Shown piece after piece: positions 33,717 through 40,638 of a stretch of 40,702 nucleotides of DNA (positions are counted from its first letter, which is position 1; the number at the start of each line of letters is the position of its first letter). Origin of the DNA: a virus. The translations under genes were made by a program, and so were the position numbers. The stretch lies in the IMG/VR virus record IMGVR_UViG_3300045988_072105, positions 1-40,702 of that record; one strand, 5' to 3'. Under the pieces are notes generated by a model, which worked only from the letters and a program-made list of their open reading frames with translations, did not search any database and had not been told where the DNA came from.

Positions 33717-34139
33717 TTAGTTACCTGCTTTCTTTTTGTTGTAATCAATGATATTTGTATTTTGTTTTTCAATCTTTTCGATGAGTTCGCCAGTGTCGGT
33801 TCTCATATCTCCATTATCATCAAAGTAAGTCTGACCCGGAATACCACTTTTTAGCTCGTTAGCGTGAATTTTACCAGTGTCGTCGCGACCGACAATGACA
33901 GTTGTTGCGACACCTTTCTGTGGTGCCAAAGTGGATTTGACTTCCATACCTGTCTTAACAACAGTACGCTCATCGTCCGTTGACATCGTTAGTGTGATCG
34001 TTACCTTACGGGTTGCTTTAGCCTCTGTATTGAGGTCCAGAATATTCTCAAGGACTTTTTCAAGTTCTTTGTCAACCTTTTCTTGTAAGGCTGTATTTGC
34101 GATTTTCGACAAATCGATTTTAATAGTTTTATCTTTCAT
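33717..34139 (-). CDS. Hypothetical early protein (140 aa)
   Basis: ORF whose stop lies 2 nt before the next start. No family recognised. Confidence 0.7.
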   Translation of the reverse strand: MKDKTIKIDLSKIANTALQEKVDKELEKVLENILDLNTEAKATRKVTITLTMSTDDERTVVKTGMEVKSTLAPQKGVATTVIVGRDDTGKIHANELKSGIPGQTYFDDNGDMRTDTGELIEKIEKQNTNIIDYNKKKAGN

Positions 34140-34184
34140 AGATACTCCTTGTTATATTTTGCGATGATTTCTAATTCCTAAAAT

Positions 34185-35288
34185 CTACACCGTGAAGGGT
34201 AATTCTGGATCTTTCCGGACTTGATTTTGAATGACGTCAAGTGTAGCATCCCAATTCGCCACGATCATATCCCAATAATTTGCCGGGAAGTTTTCGATCG
34301 GTGTCCCCATCGGAAAGTGTCCGCGGATATATGCAACGTCTTGCAATTCGCTTTCTGTGACATTGTGCGGTGTCATTAAGTCGATAAGAGCTTGCGGAAG
34401 CGTTCCGCTTGTTTGCGTTTGTGCTTCTGGTTGCGGTGCGCGTCCCATTTCTCGGGCCACCTCTTGACCGATCTCGGTCAATTGTTCCTTGATATCGTTC
34501 TTCGGTTGCTCCTCTTGTTGAGGCTCTGGCGTTGGTTGTGTCGGTTGCGGTTGCGGTGTCACTTGTTGCGTTGCGAAAATATGCGCGATACTGTCATAAG
34601 TAAATGGCAATTGATCGGGCAATCCGTGACGGTTCTTCGCGTCCCACGCTGGGCGATGGTTCGTATACATGACACGCTCGCCCCCTTGGGCTTTCTTCTT
34701 GCCCGTATCCGTCGTCATGACGATTGTCTTATAATTCGCAAAGAGCACCATATCGGCCCACTCCTTCACGAGTGGAGCTGTTTTTGAGCTTGATTTTTGT
34801 CCGAGCTTTAATTCGTATCGATCGTACGATCCCATCTCGTCCGGCTGCTCGAATTTCTTGATTTGTGCGTGAGCTGTCAAAACGACGTTGATCCCGTTGT
34901 CCACTAGCTCACCCAAGCTATTCAATAAGCGACCGATCTCTTCTTGGACGTATGTATAGCCCTTGCCCCAGCCGAAATCTTCGATTCCGTTCTTCTGGTG
35001 CTGTGCGCAAACATAATCGACTGCGAGTTGTTCCGCCCAGTCGATCGTGTCGATGACTAGCGTTTTGCAAGCGTCCGGGTTCGCCTTGATAAACGCGATC
35101 TCATTTTTGAGCATTGCCCAACTTGTAGGCTTGTCCAACCGGGCCACGTCCATATTATCCGTTGATCCCTCGGTGTCGATGAATACCGGATCCGGGAATT
35201 GACTCGCAAAACTAGACTTTCCGATTCCTTCCGGGCCGTAGATGACGACTTTTTGAGCCCGTGCCTTCCTTCCTCTTGTAATTTGCAT
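34185..35288 (-). CDS. AAA_24 (Sak4-like) RecA-fold ATPase with a P/Q-rich linker and C-terminal extension
   Basis: ..KVVIYGPEGIGKSSFASQFPDPVFIDTEGS.. Walker A at the N-terminus. ..TLVIDTIDW.. Walker B. Confidence 0.85.
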   Translation of the reverse strand: MQITRGRKARAQKVVIYGPEGIGKSSFASQFPDPVFIDTEGSTDNMDVARLDKPTSWAMLKNEIAFIKANPDACKTLVIDTIDWAEQLAVDYVCAQHQKNGIEDFGWGKGYTYVQEEIGRLLNSLGELVDNGINVVLTAHAQIKKFEQPDEMGSYDRYELKLGQKSSSKTAPLVKEWADMVLFANYKTIVMTTDTGKKKAQGGERVMYTNHRPAWDAKNRHGLPDQLPFTYDSIAHIFATQQVTPQPQPTQPTPEPQQEEQPKNDIKEQLTEIGQEVAREMGRAPQPEAQTQTSGTLPQALIDLMTPHNVTESELQDVAYIRGHFPMGTPIENFPANYWDMIVANWDATLDVIQNQVRKDPELPFTV

Positions 35289-35291
35289 TTT

Positions 35292-35636
35292 CTATTCCTC
35301 CTCTTCTTCCGCTAAAAGGCCACGAAGAAAGTTTTTGATGTGCTTGCGTTTTGCTTCTTCGATCTCTTCTGTGAGATCTTTCGGTTCTTCTCCGTCGATA
35401 GTCTCGAGCTCATACGTTGCGTTGACGACGAGCAATTCGCCCCCGAACGCTTCGGCAACTTTTTGTATTTTGTTTGTTTGGTCTTGTACTGATTTTAGGA
35501 TATTTGTTGCAGCATCTTGAATATCGTCCGTCCAAGTTGCACTATACGCAAAAGCTCCTTCGTTGCTTTTGTACTTCATTAAATACTGACCTGTTTCTAG
35601 GCTTCGAATAACGACAAATTTTTCTGTTTTTTTCAT
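35292..35636 (-). CDS. Hypothetical acidic protein (114 aa)
   Basis: Start moved to the ATG at 35636 (AAGGAA RBS). The longer ORF-track version overlaps the upstream ATPase gene by 139 nt. Confidence 0.65.
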   Translation of the reverse strand: MKKTEKFVVIRSLETGQYLMKYKSNEGAFAYSATWTDDIQDAATNILKSVQDQTNKIQKVAEAFGGELLVVNATYELETIDGEEPKDLTEEIEEAKRKHIKNFLRGLLAEEEEE

Positions 35637-35659
35637 AGTTGTTTTCCTTCTTTCTGTTT

Positions 35660-36940
35660 TTAGAATCCGCCTTGCCATCCTTGAGGCTGTGCGATTGTTT
35701 CCGGTGTGATACTGTACCCGTCTTCGATAATCACGGAGCACTCTCCACCAGTTGAGACCCGCGTCGCGATCGCTTGCAAGCCTTCTTGTTCTAGCCATAC
35801 TCCAAATTCCATTAGTGTTACTTGGTCCATTTGCTCGAGCTTGTCAATAAGCACGAAGCCGCACTCTGGCTTGAGCTTGCGAACGATAGCCGTCGCGACT
35901 TGTAATTGTTGCGAGCCAGACATATTGTCCCAACGCTGACCGAGGTATAAGAGTTCGCCGTCGTCCACAGACAATCCCGGGAGCGGTAAGTCCGCGTTCG
36001 TGAGTAAGTCGCGTTTTTGCTTGCGAATACCCTCGATCACAAGATCTAACTCGCGGTATTGTTCACGGTAAACCTTCGCGTCTTCTTCGGCCTTGTCTTT
36101 GTCAAGGTTTGCTCGTACTTTGAGGTTGATCTGCTCAATATTCGCGATACTTTCTTCGATCTTTTGTGTCGATTCGTTGATCAAGTCTTGCGCGTCTTTG
36201 CGAGCGATATCCAAGTCTTGCGCGAGTCCTTGCTCTTTTTCTCGGGCTTCCTTGAGCATTTCTTCCAAACGCTCAACGTTTGCAAGTGCCCCTTGATAGT
36301 CGTTTTCGATTCTCGCTAGATTCTGACGCTTGCGAGCATTTTCGCTATTTCGTCCGAGGATCTCTTGTTGTTGTTGGATCAAGTCCGCGATTGAGACGAG
36401 CTCTTTCGGCGCGTCCGGATAATACGGTTGCTCCTTGGCAAACTTTTCTTTTTGATCTGCAATGACTCCGATTGCGTGGCGCTCTTGGTACTTGGTCTTT
36501 TCTTCCATTTCAAGCTTGACGAGCTGATCGCCCACTCCGATGATTTGTAAGAGCGTCGTCGCTTTCTCCTTGCTTGTCATTTCCATAAACTTTGGAAGAT
36601 CAAGAGCGAGCTCTTCGACGAAGCTATCAAGCAATTTCTGGCCGGCCTTGTTACCGCTTGGATCAATGACTTTCAGATCGCTATTTTTTCCCTTGCGCTC
36701 AACAATAAGGCCATTTGATAGTGTGATTTTTAGACTTGGGGGAATCGTTGACCCCTCGCGTTGAGGTTGCGAAGGTTTATACTTGTTGCCACCCAAGGCC
36801 CACGCTATCGCGTCCAATACGCTTGTCTTGCCTTGGTTATTGTTTCCCCCGACAATTGTCAGCCCTTTCGCTGACGGCTCGATCTTGACCGCTTTAACGC
36901 GTTTCACGTTTTCGATCTCGAGCTTATTGATTGTTACCAT
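35660..36940 (-). CDS. SMC/Rad50/SbcC-like ABC-type ATPase
   Basis: N-terminal ..LTIVGGNNNQGKTSVLDAIAWALGG.. (Walker A), central coiled coil, C-terminal ..MSGSQQLQVATAI.. (signature motif) and ..FVLIDKLEQMD.. (Walker B). Confidence 0.85.
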   Translation of the reverse strand: MVTINKLEIENVKRVKAVKIEPSAKGLTIVGGNNNQGKTSVLDAIAWALGGNKYKPSQPQREGSTIPPSLKITLSNGLIVERKGKNSDLKVIDPSGNKAGQKLLDSFVEELALDLPKFMEMTSKEKATTLLQIIGVGDQLVKLEMEEKTKYQERHAIGVIADQKEKFAKEQPYYPDAPKELVSIADLIQQQQEILGRNSENARKRQNLARIENDYQGALANVERLEEMLKEAREKEQGLAQDLDIARKDAQDLINESTQKIEESIANIEQINLKVRANLDKDKAEEDAKVYREQYRELDLVIEGIRKQKRDLLTNADLPLPGLSVDDGELLYLGQRWDNMSGSQQLQVATAIVRKLKPECGFVLIDKLEQMDQVTLMEFGVWLEQEGLQAIATRVSTGGECSVIIEDGYSITPETIAQPQGWQGGF

Positions 36941-37079
36941 CTTTTAGTTTCCTTTCCAATAGTTGATATTCACGATCAAGAGAAGCGGATAAAAGTTGAA
37001 TCTGTTCCCGTTCGATAGCTCGTAAGCGTTCGACTTCATTTTCTAGCTCTATGATCCGTTTTGATTTTCTACCAAACAT
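36924..37079 (-). CDS. Small coiled-coil protein (51 aa)
   Basis: ATG at 37079 with GGAG 8 nt upstream. The ORF-track N-terminal extension overlaps the upstream gene. Confidence 0.5.
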   Translation of the reverse strand: MFGRKSKRIIELENEVERLRAIEREQIQLLSASLDREYQLLERKLKDGNNQ

Positions 37080-37329
37080 GGCTCGTGCTCCAATCGTTGT
37101 CTGAAACAGATTGCTTGCGGGCATTTGCTAGATCTTCCCAGACACTCGCTTTTATTTCGCGATTGTATTCTTCTTGAAGATCGAGGATCTCTTGAATCTT
37201 CGCTTGCTGCCGTTTCTTCTTTTCTTGACGTTTGACATCAATCAAGCAAGTGATGAAGCCGGCCACGAAAGAGAATCCCGAAACAACGGCCACTCCCACT
37301 AACTGACTTGTAAGACTTGGTTCTAACAT
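37069..37329 (-). CDS. Small membrane protein (86 aa)
   Basis: N-terminal TM (LVGVAVVSGFSFVAGFITCLI). AAGGAG RBS. The start overlaps the upstream stop. Confidence 0.65.
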   Translation of the reverse strand: MLEPSLTSQLVGVAVVSGFSFVAGFITCLIDVKRQEKKKRQQAKIQEILDLQEEYNREIKASVWEDLANARKQSVSDNDWSTSHVW

Positions 37330-37592
37330 TTGATATACTCCTTTTCCATTTCTAAAATCTCGTACACGTCCCGGACGTCGTACATTTTCTTCTTTCCTTG
37401 TTTTCGAAATGCAAGTCCTCGACGCTCTAGCTTTTTAATGTAGCTATGATCGAAGCCGAATTTCTTCATTAAGGCTTTTTGATCTAGTGGTAATCTTTCC
37501 GATTCTATTTCTTCCTTGAGCTCTTCCTTCATGATCTCGATCATCTGTTTTAGATAGACTTTCGCGATCTCGTCCGAGATCAAGGGAGGCAT
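37323..37592 (-). CDS. Small DNA-binding-like early protein (possible excisionase/regulator)
   Basis: The C-terminal ..MKKFGFDHSYIKKLERRGLAFRKQGKKKMYDVRDV.. resembles a MerR/Xis-type HTH. The start is ambiguous (37592, 37607, 37616 or GTG 37640). The ATG at 37592 has a GGAGGAA RBS. Confidence 0.6.
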   Translation of the reverse strand: MPPLISDEIAKVYLKQMIEIMKEELKEEIESERLPLDQKALMKKFGFDHSYIKKLERRGLAFRKQGKKKMYDVRDVYEILEMEKEYIKC

Positions 37593-37645
37593 TTTTGCTT
37601 CCTCCATTTCTTTCATTCCTCCAATTGTGCGGGCAAGCACTTTCT

Positions 37646-37674
37646 GATATAATTAAGATAGATATTTTAAGCAA
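37646..37674 (-). promoter_or_regulatory. Candidate sigma-70 promoter downstream of the cro-like gene
   Basis: Minus strand: TTGCTT, 17 nt, TATATC. Confidence 0.3.
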
Positions 37675-37703
37675 GCGTCGGATTTTTCATCCGGCGTTCT
37701 TTT

Positions 37704-37720
37704 GTTCATGATTGATGAAC
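37704..37720. promoter_or_regulatory. Distal operator-like palindrome (OD): GTTCA-N7-TGAAC
   Basis: Perfect half-sites GTTCAtgattgaTGAAC overlapping the stop codon of the cro-like gene. Same architecture as the sites in the switch region. Confidence 0.6.
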
Positions 37721-37930
37721 TTTGTACTTAAAAAAATAAGCCGGGATATTCTTTGGATCAATCTCGAGCACCTCGACCGCTTTCGCAATCTCGCTATCCT
37801 TCCAAGAGACCTTATTATTCAGCTTTAGCGATACGCTTCTTTCTGATATTCCCAAGGCGTTGGCGAATTCTGCTTGCGTTCCGAATTTCTCGGTGATCTT
37901 ACCCAAGAGTTTTGAATAATCATTGCTCAT
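37706..37930 (-). CDS. Cro-like XRE/DUF739-type HTH protein (first gene of the lytic operon)
   Basis: MSNDYSKLLGKITEKFGTQAEFANALGISERSVSLKLNNK... ATG at 37930 with GAAAGGAGGG RBS. Divergent from the repressor gene. Confidence 0.85.
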   Translation of the reverse strand: MSNDYSKLLGKITEKFGTQAEFANALGISERSVSLKLNNKVSWKDSEIAKAVEVLEIDPKNIPAYFFKYKVHQS

Positions 37931-37950
37931 ATTATCCCTCCTTTCTTTTT

Positions 37951-38034
37951 TGTTCACGTTACATGAACTTGATATGGTTTAAGTTTATCATGCTTCATGA
38001 ACTTTGTCAACAACTTTTTTCATTTTTTTTGAAC
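37951..38034. promoter_or_regulatory. Genetic-switch operator cluster: three 17-bp sites of the form (G/T)(T/A)TCA-N7-TGAAC
   Basis: 37951-37967 GTTCAcgttacaTGAAC; 37986-38002 TATCAtgcttcaTGAAC; 38018-38034 TTTCAtttttttTGAAC. Centres are 35 and 32 bp apart. Confidence 0.65.
37982..38010 (-). promoter_or_regulatory. Early lytic promoter (PR-like)
   Basis: Minus strand: TTGACA (38010-38005), 17 nt, TAAACT (37987-37982). The middle operator lies in the spacer. Confidence 0.6.
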
Positions 38035-38061
38035 TTTTTTATTTTTTATTTTCTTTTCCTG

Positions 38062-38070
38062 TGTTATAAT
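38062..38070 (+). promoter_or_regulatory. Repressor promoter, extended -10 (TGtTATAAT)
   Basis: TGTTATAAT lies 27 nt upstream of the repressor ATG. There is no good -35. Confidence 0.55.
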
Positions 38071-38096
38071 ATAGTAGAAAAAAGGAGATGAACATC

Positions 38097-38489
38097 ATGA
38101 GAAAATTTGAAACGGCTGATCGGTTGCAACAGTTAATGGCCGAAAAAGGTTGGAAACAAGTCGATATTATCAACCATTCGAAACAACATCAAGAAAAATT
38201 AGGCGTAAAACTCGGAAAAAGTGCATTATCACAATACGTCAACGGCGTACAAGCACCCGATCAAAAAAGGCTTGCTCTTTTAGCCTTGACTTTTAACGTG
38301 TCCGAGGCTTGGTTGATGGGCTATGACGTGCCTCGAGGCCGTGAATCGAACGCCGAAAACGAATACTCGGAAACGGATCTTCGAAAAATGGCCGAAAACG
38401 CGAAGACGTTTGACGGAAAGCCACTCAATGAAGATGATATCCAAGCAATACAAAATATTATAGAAATATATTTAAAAGGGAGATTATGA
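38097..38489 (+). CDS. CI-like/ImmR-like XRE-family repressor
   Basis: HTH_3 pattern ..DRLQQLMAEKGWKQVDIINHS..LGKSALSQYVNG... ATG at 38097 (GGAG, 9-nt spacer) preferred over 38088. No S24 peptidase domain. Confidence 0.85.
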   Translation: MRKFETADRLQQLMAEKGWKQVDIINHSKQHQEKLGVKLGKSALSQYVNGVQAPDQKRLALLALTFNVSEAWLMGYDVPRGRESNAENEYSETDLRKMAENAKTFDGKPLNEDDIQAIQNIIEIYLKGRL

Positions 38490-38857
38490 AATTAGAAGAC
38501 ATTTGCCACGAAGCCGGCGTCACGCTCGCTTATTTTGATAATGAGCTGTGGCAACGTCCGGGAATGATAATAGATGAATTGAAGATCGTCTTCGTGAATA
38601 AGGCCTTGTCCGAGGAAGCCAAGAAACGCGTTATTTTGCACGAAATAGCTCACTTGAACCATAGCAAGGCCCAATACACTATCAACCCGATAAAATGCGA
38701 GAACGAAGCGAACAGAGCCATGATTCGGGAACTTATTCGCGAGGAGCTAGACGAAGGCCACGAATTCAATTATATTCGCTTTATGGAACGGCACAAATTA
38801 AAAACGACCACGGACGAGATCATGGTCGTAGATGAATATTTTTCGTTAATCGGATAA
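38486..38857 (+). CDS. immA: ImmA/IrrE-family zinc metalloprotease (anti-repressor protease)
   Basis: HEIAHL (HExxH) in ..RVILHEIAHLNHS... ATGA overlap with the repressor gene. Confidence 0.8.
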   Translation: MKLEDICHEAGVTLAYFDNELWQRPGMIIDELKIVFVNKALSEEAKKRVILHEIAHLNHSKAQYTINPIKCENEANRAMIRELIREELDEGHEFNYIRFMERHKLKTTTDEIMVVDEYFSLIG

Positions 38858-38872
38858 AAAAGGAGAAACATT

Positions 38873-39394
38873 ATGGATTTTAACACAATCAAGAATTTCG
38901 CAAAGAAAGCAACGGAAAAAACAGCGGACGGAATTTCATCGATGAATGAAATGCGAAAAAAAGCTGCTCAAGAAACAAAAATTTCGTTCGGGACGACCAC
39001 GATCAGGAAAACAATCGACGGTTTCTATTATATTGGGTTCTATTCAGAAACTCCAGAGCTCTTCGAATTCGAGAATTTTCAATTTGAAGGATCTACTATT
39101 GTTGAGCATACAAAAACGACTGGTACGACCAAACAAAAAGGAAAGAAAGGAAGTGCACTTCTAGGGGCTGCAATTGGTTCAGCAATTAACCCAGTTGGTA
39201 CAATTGTAGGTAGTGTGATCGGCGCTTCCGGGAAACGCAAAGGCAAAATAAATTCAACCTCTGTCACTACCCAAGAAGAAAAGCCCGGACGCGCTATGTT
39301 GTACTTGCGAAATATCGAAACAAACGAAGTCAAGACAATTAAAGCCAAGATCACCAACGCCCAAGCAGAAAATATCAAACTGTTTTTTGAGTAA
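38873..39394 (+). CDS. Glycine-zipper membrane protein of unknown function (candidate superinfection-exclusion/Abi gene, called by position)
   Basis: 173 aa, RBS AAAGGAGAAA. Central GSALLGAAIGSAINPVGTIVGSVIGASG segment flanked by K-rich stretches. Located between immA and int. Confidence 0.75.
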   Translation: MDFNTIKNFAKKATEKTADGISSMNEMRKKAAQETKISFGTTTIRKTIDGFYYIGFYSETPELFEFENFQFEGSTIVEHTKTTGTTKQKGKKGSALLGAAIGSAINPVGTIVGSVIGASGKRKGKINSTSVTTQEEKPGRAMLYLRNIETNEVKTIKAKITNAQAENIKLFFE

Positions 39395-39396
39395 AA

Positions 39397-39423
39397 AAAA
39401 GAACCCTCGGGCAAGCCCGAAGG
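39397..39423. terminator. Hairpin at the end of the repressor operon. The A8/T-tract geometry fits a minus-direction or bidirectional terminator.
   Basis: A8, then CCTCGGG-caag-CCCGAAGG (imperfect stem). The U-tract is present only when read on the minus strand. Confidence 0.4.
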
Positions 39424-39429
39424 AAAAAC

Positions 39430-39462
39430 ATGATTAAAAATTATAAGTTAAGTATATCATAA
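39430..39462 (+). other. Degenerate duplicate of the int translation start (10-codon decoy ORF MIKNYKLSIS)
   Basis: 39408-39445 aligns with 39485-39526: CGGGCAAGCC..GGAAAAA(A)CATGATTAAAAA(A)T(T)ATA. Confidence 0.6.
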
Positions 39463-39463
39463 T
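39434..39463 (+). promoter_or_regulatory. Candidate int promoter
   Basis: TTAAAA, 18 nt, CATAAT. It lies inside the duplicated leader. Confidence 0.3.
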
Positions 39464-39510
39464 CATTTCGTTCTTTCAATTGTGCGGGCAAGCCAAACGG
39501 AGGAAAAAAC

Positions 39511-40638
39511 ATGATTAAAAAATATACGACCAAAAACGGGGAGACTCGTTACTTATTTCAAACTTATCTCGGGATCGATCCCGTGACGGGTAAAGAACGA
39601 CGGACCACGCGCCGGGGCTTCAAAACCATAAAGGAAGCCAAACAAGCGGAAAGAAATCTGCTGCTTGACGTGGAAGAAAACGGGCTTTCTTCTAGCCGAT
39701 CTGAAAAGTCTTTTAAAGAAATTGCTGATCTGTGGTTTGAAAATTATAAAACCACCGTCAAGGCTTCTACTGCTTTTAATACGAAGCAAAAACTTGATTA
39801 TATGATAGCTGAATATTTTGAAGGCATGAACATAGACAAAATAACTGTCATATTTTGTCAATCGTTGTTTATTAAATTAAGCCAAAAGTATTCTATGTAC
39901 GCAAACTATGCTTCGATTATCAATCGCATTTTGAAGTACGCTGTGATGTTAGATATTATAAAAAGCAATCCGATTGACAAAATAATCAAACCAAAAGCTA
40001 AAGAAGTAGAAAAGAAAGATAATTGCTATACCAAAGAAGAGTTAAACACTTTTCTAAAGTTAGCGAAAAAAGAGAGTGCTTTATTCCATACCCTTTTACA
40101 CACCATAGCTTATACTGGTTTACGGCGTGGTGAAGCGCTAGCCCTTAAATGGTCCGATATTGACTTTGAAGAAAAGACTTTATCAGTAAATCGCACCACC
40201 GCATACGTTGACGGAAAACAAGTTTTACAAACCCCAAAAACAAAGGCGAGCAAGCGTGTTATACCTATTGATAATTATACTATCAGCATTTTAAAGAGTT
40301 GGAAGCTAGAACAAAAAAAGCAATACTTTAAAAACGGTGTATCATTTTTACAAGGTGAAAACTTAATTTTCACCAATTCGTGCTGCACTATGTTTGTACC
40401 TAATGAATTTTCGAAAAAACTTAGAAAATTCATTAAGAAATACAATCTAAAACCTATCACCCCTCATGGCCTACGGCACACACACGCTAGCTTATTGTTT
40501 GAATCTGGTATCCAACCCAAAGAGATATCGGACCGATTAGGCCATAACAACATTCAAACAACGCTTGATTTATACACGCACATAAACGACAATCAACGGT
40601 ACAACGTGGTTGAAAAATTCGTAAATTTTATGTCGTAG
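39511..40638 (+). CDS. int: Tyrosine recombinase/integrase
   Basis: 375 aa. N-terminal SAM-like/arm-binding region. Catalytic pattern ..YTGLRRGEALAL.., ..HGLRHTHASLL.., ..LGHNNIQTTLDLYTH... Confidence 0.95.
   Translation: MIKKYTTKNGETRYLFQTYLGIDPVTGKERRTTRRGFKTIKEAKQAERNLLLDVEENGLSSSRSEKSFKEIADLWFENYKTTVKASTAFNTKQKLDYMIAEYFEGMNIDKITVIFCQSLFIKLSQKYSMYANYASIINRILKYAVMLDIIKSNPIDKIIKPKAKEVEKKDNCYTKEELNTFLKLAKKESALFHTLLHTIAYTGLRRGEALALKWSDIDFEEKTLSVNRTTAYVDGKQVLQTPKTKASKRVIPIDNYTISILKSWKLEQKKQYFKNGVSFLQGENLIFTNSCCTMFVPNEFSKKLRKFIKKYNLKPITPHGLRHTHASLLFESGIQPKEISDRLGHNNIQTTLDLYTHINDNQRYNVVEKFVNFMS

Larger units (their letters stand above)
1..40583. mobile_element. Complete temperate siphovirus-type phage genome, one unit length (the contig closes on itself)
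   Basis: Full set of lysogeny, replication, packaging, head, tail and lysis modules. Positions 1-119 are identical to 40584-40702. Confidence 0.9.

Noticed and set aside
35292-35798. Long versions of ORFs 35292-35798, 25879-26199, 36924-37124, 25652-25915 and 12628-13125 as listed in the ORF track
   Set aside because: Their N-terminal extensions overlap the upstream genes by 30-140 nt and lack RBS. Internal ATGs with good RBS, placed at or near the upstream stop codons, are more plausible starts.
37673-37705. Hairpin GCGTCGGAT-ttttc-ATCCGGCGT followed by TCTTTTGTT, read as a plus-strand terminator downstream of the cro-like gene
   Set aside because: No plus-strand gene ends here. On the minus strand the stem is interrupted and lacks a U-tract. 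It may be an attenuator, or part of the distal operator context, but the evidence is too weak to call.
39079-39414. 111-aa minus-strand ORF antisense to the glycine-zipper gene, and 72-aa plus-strand ORF 38946-39164 in another frame
   Set aside because: The 173-aa plus-strand ORF has a strong RBS and lies in the operon context. The alternatives have neither.
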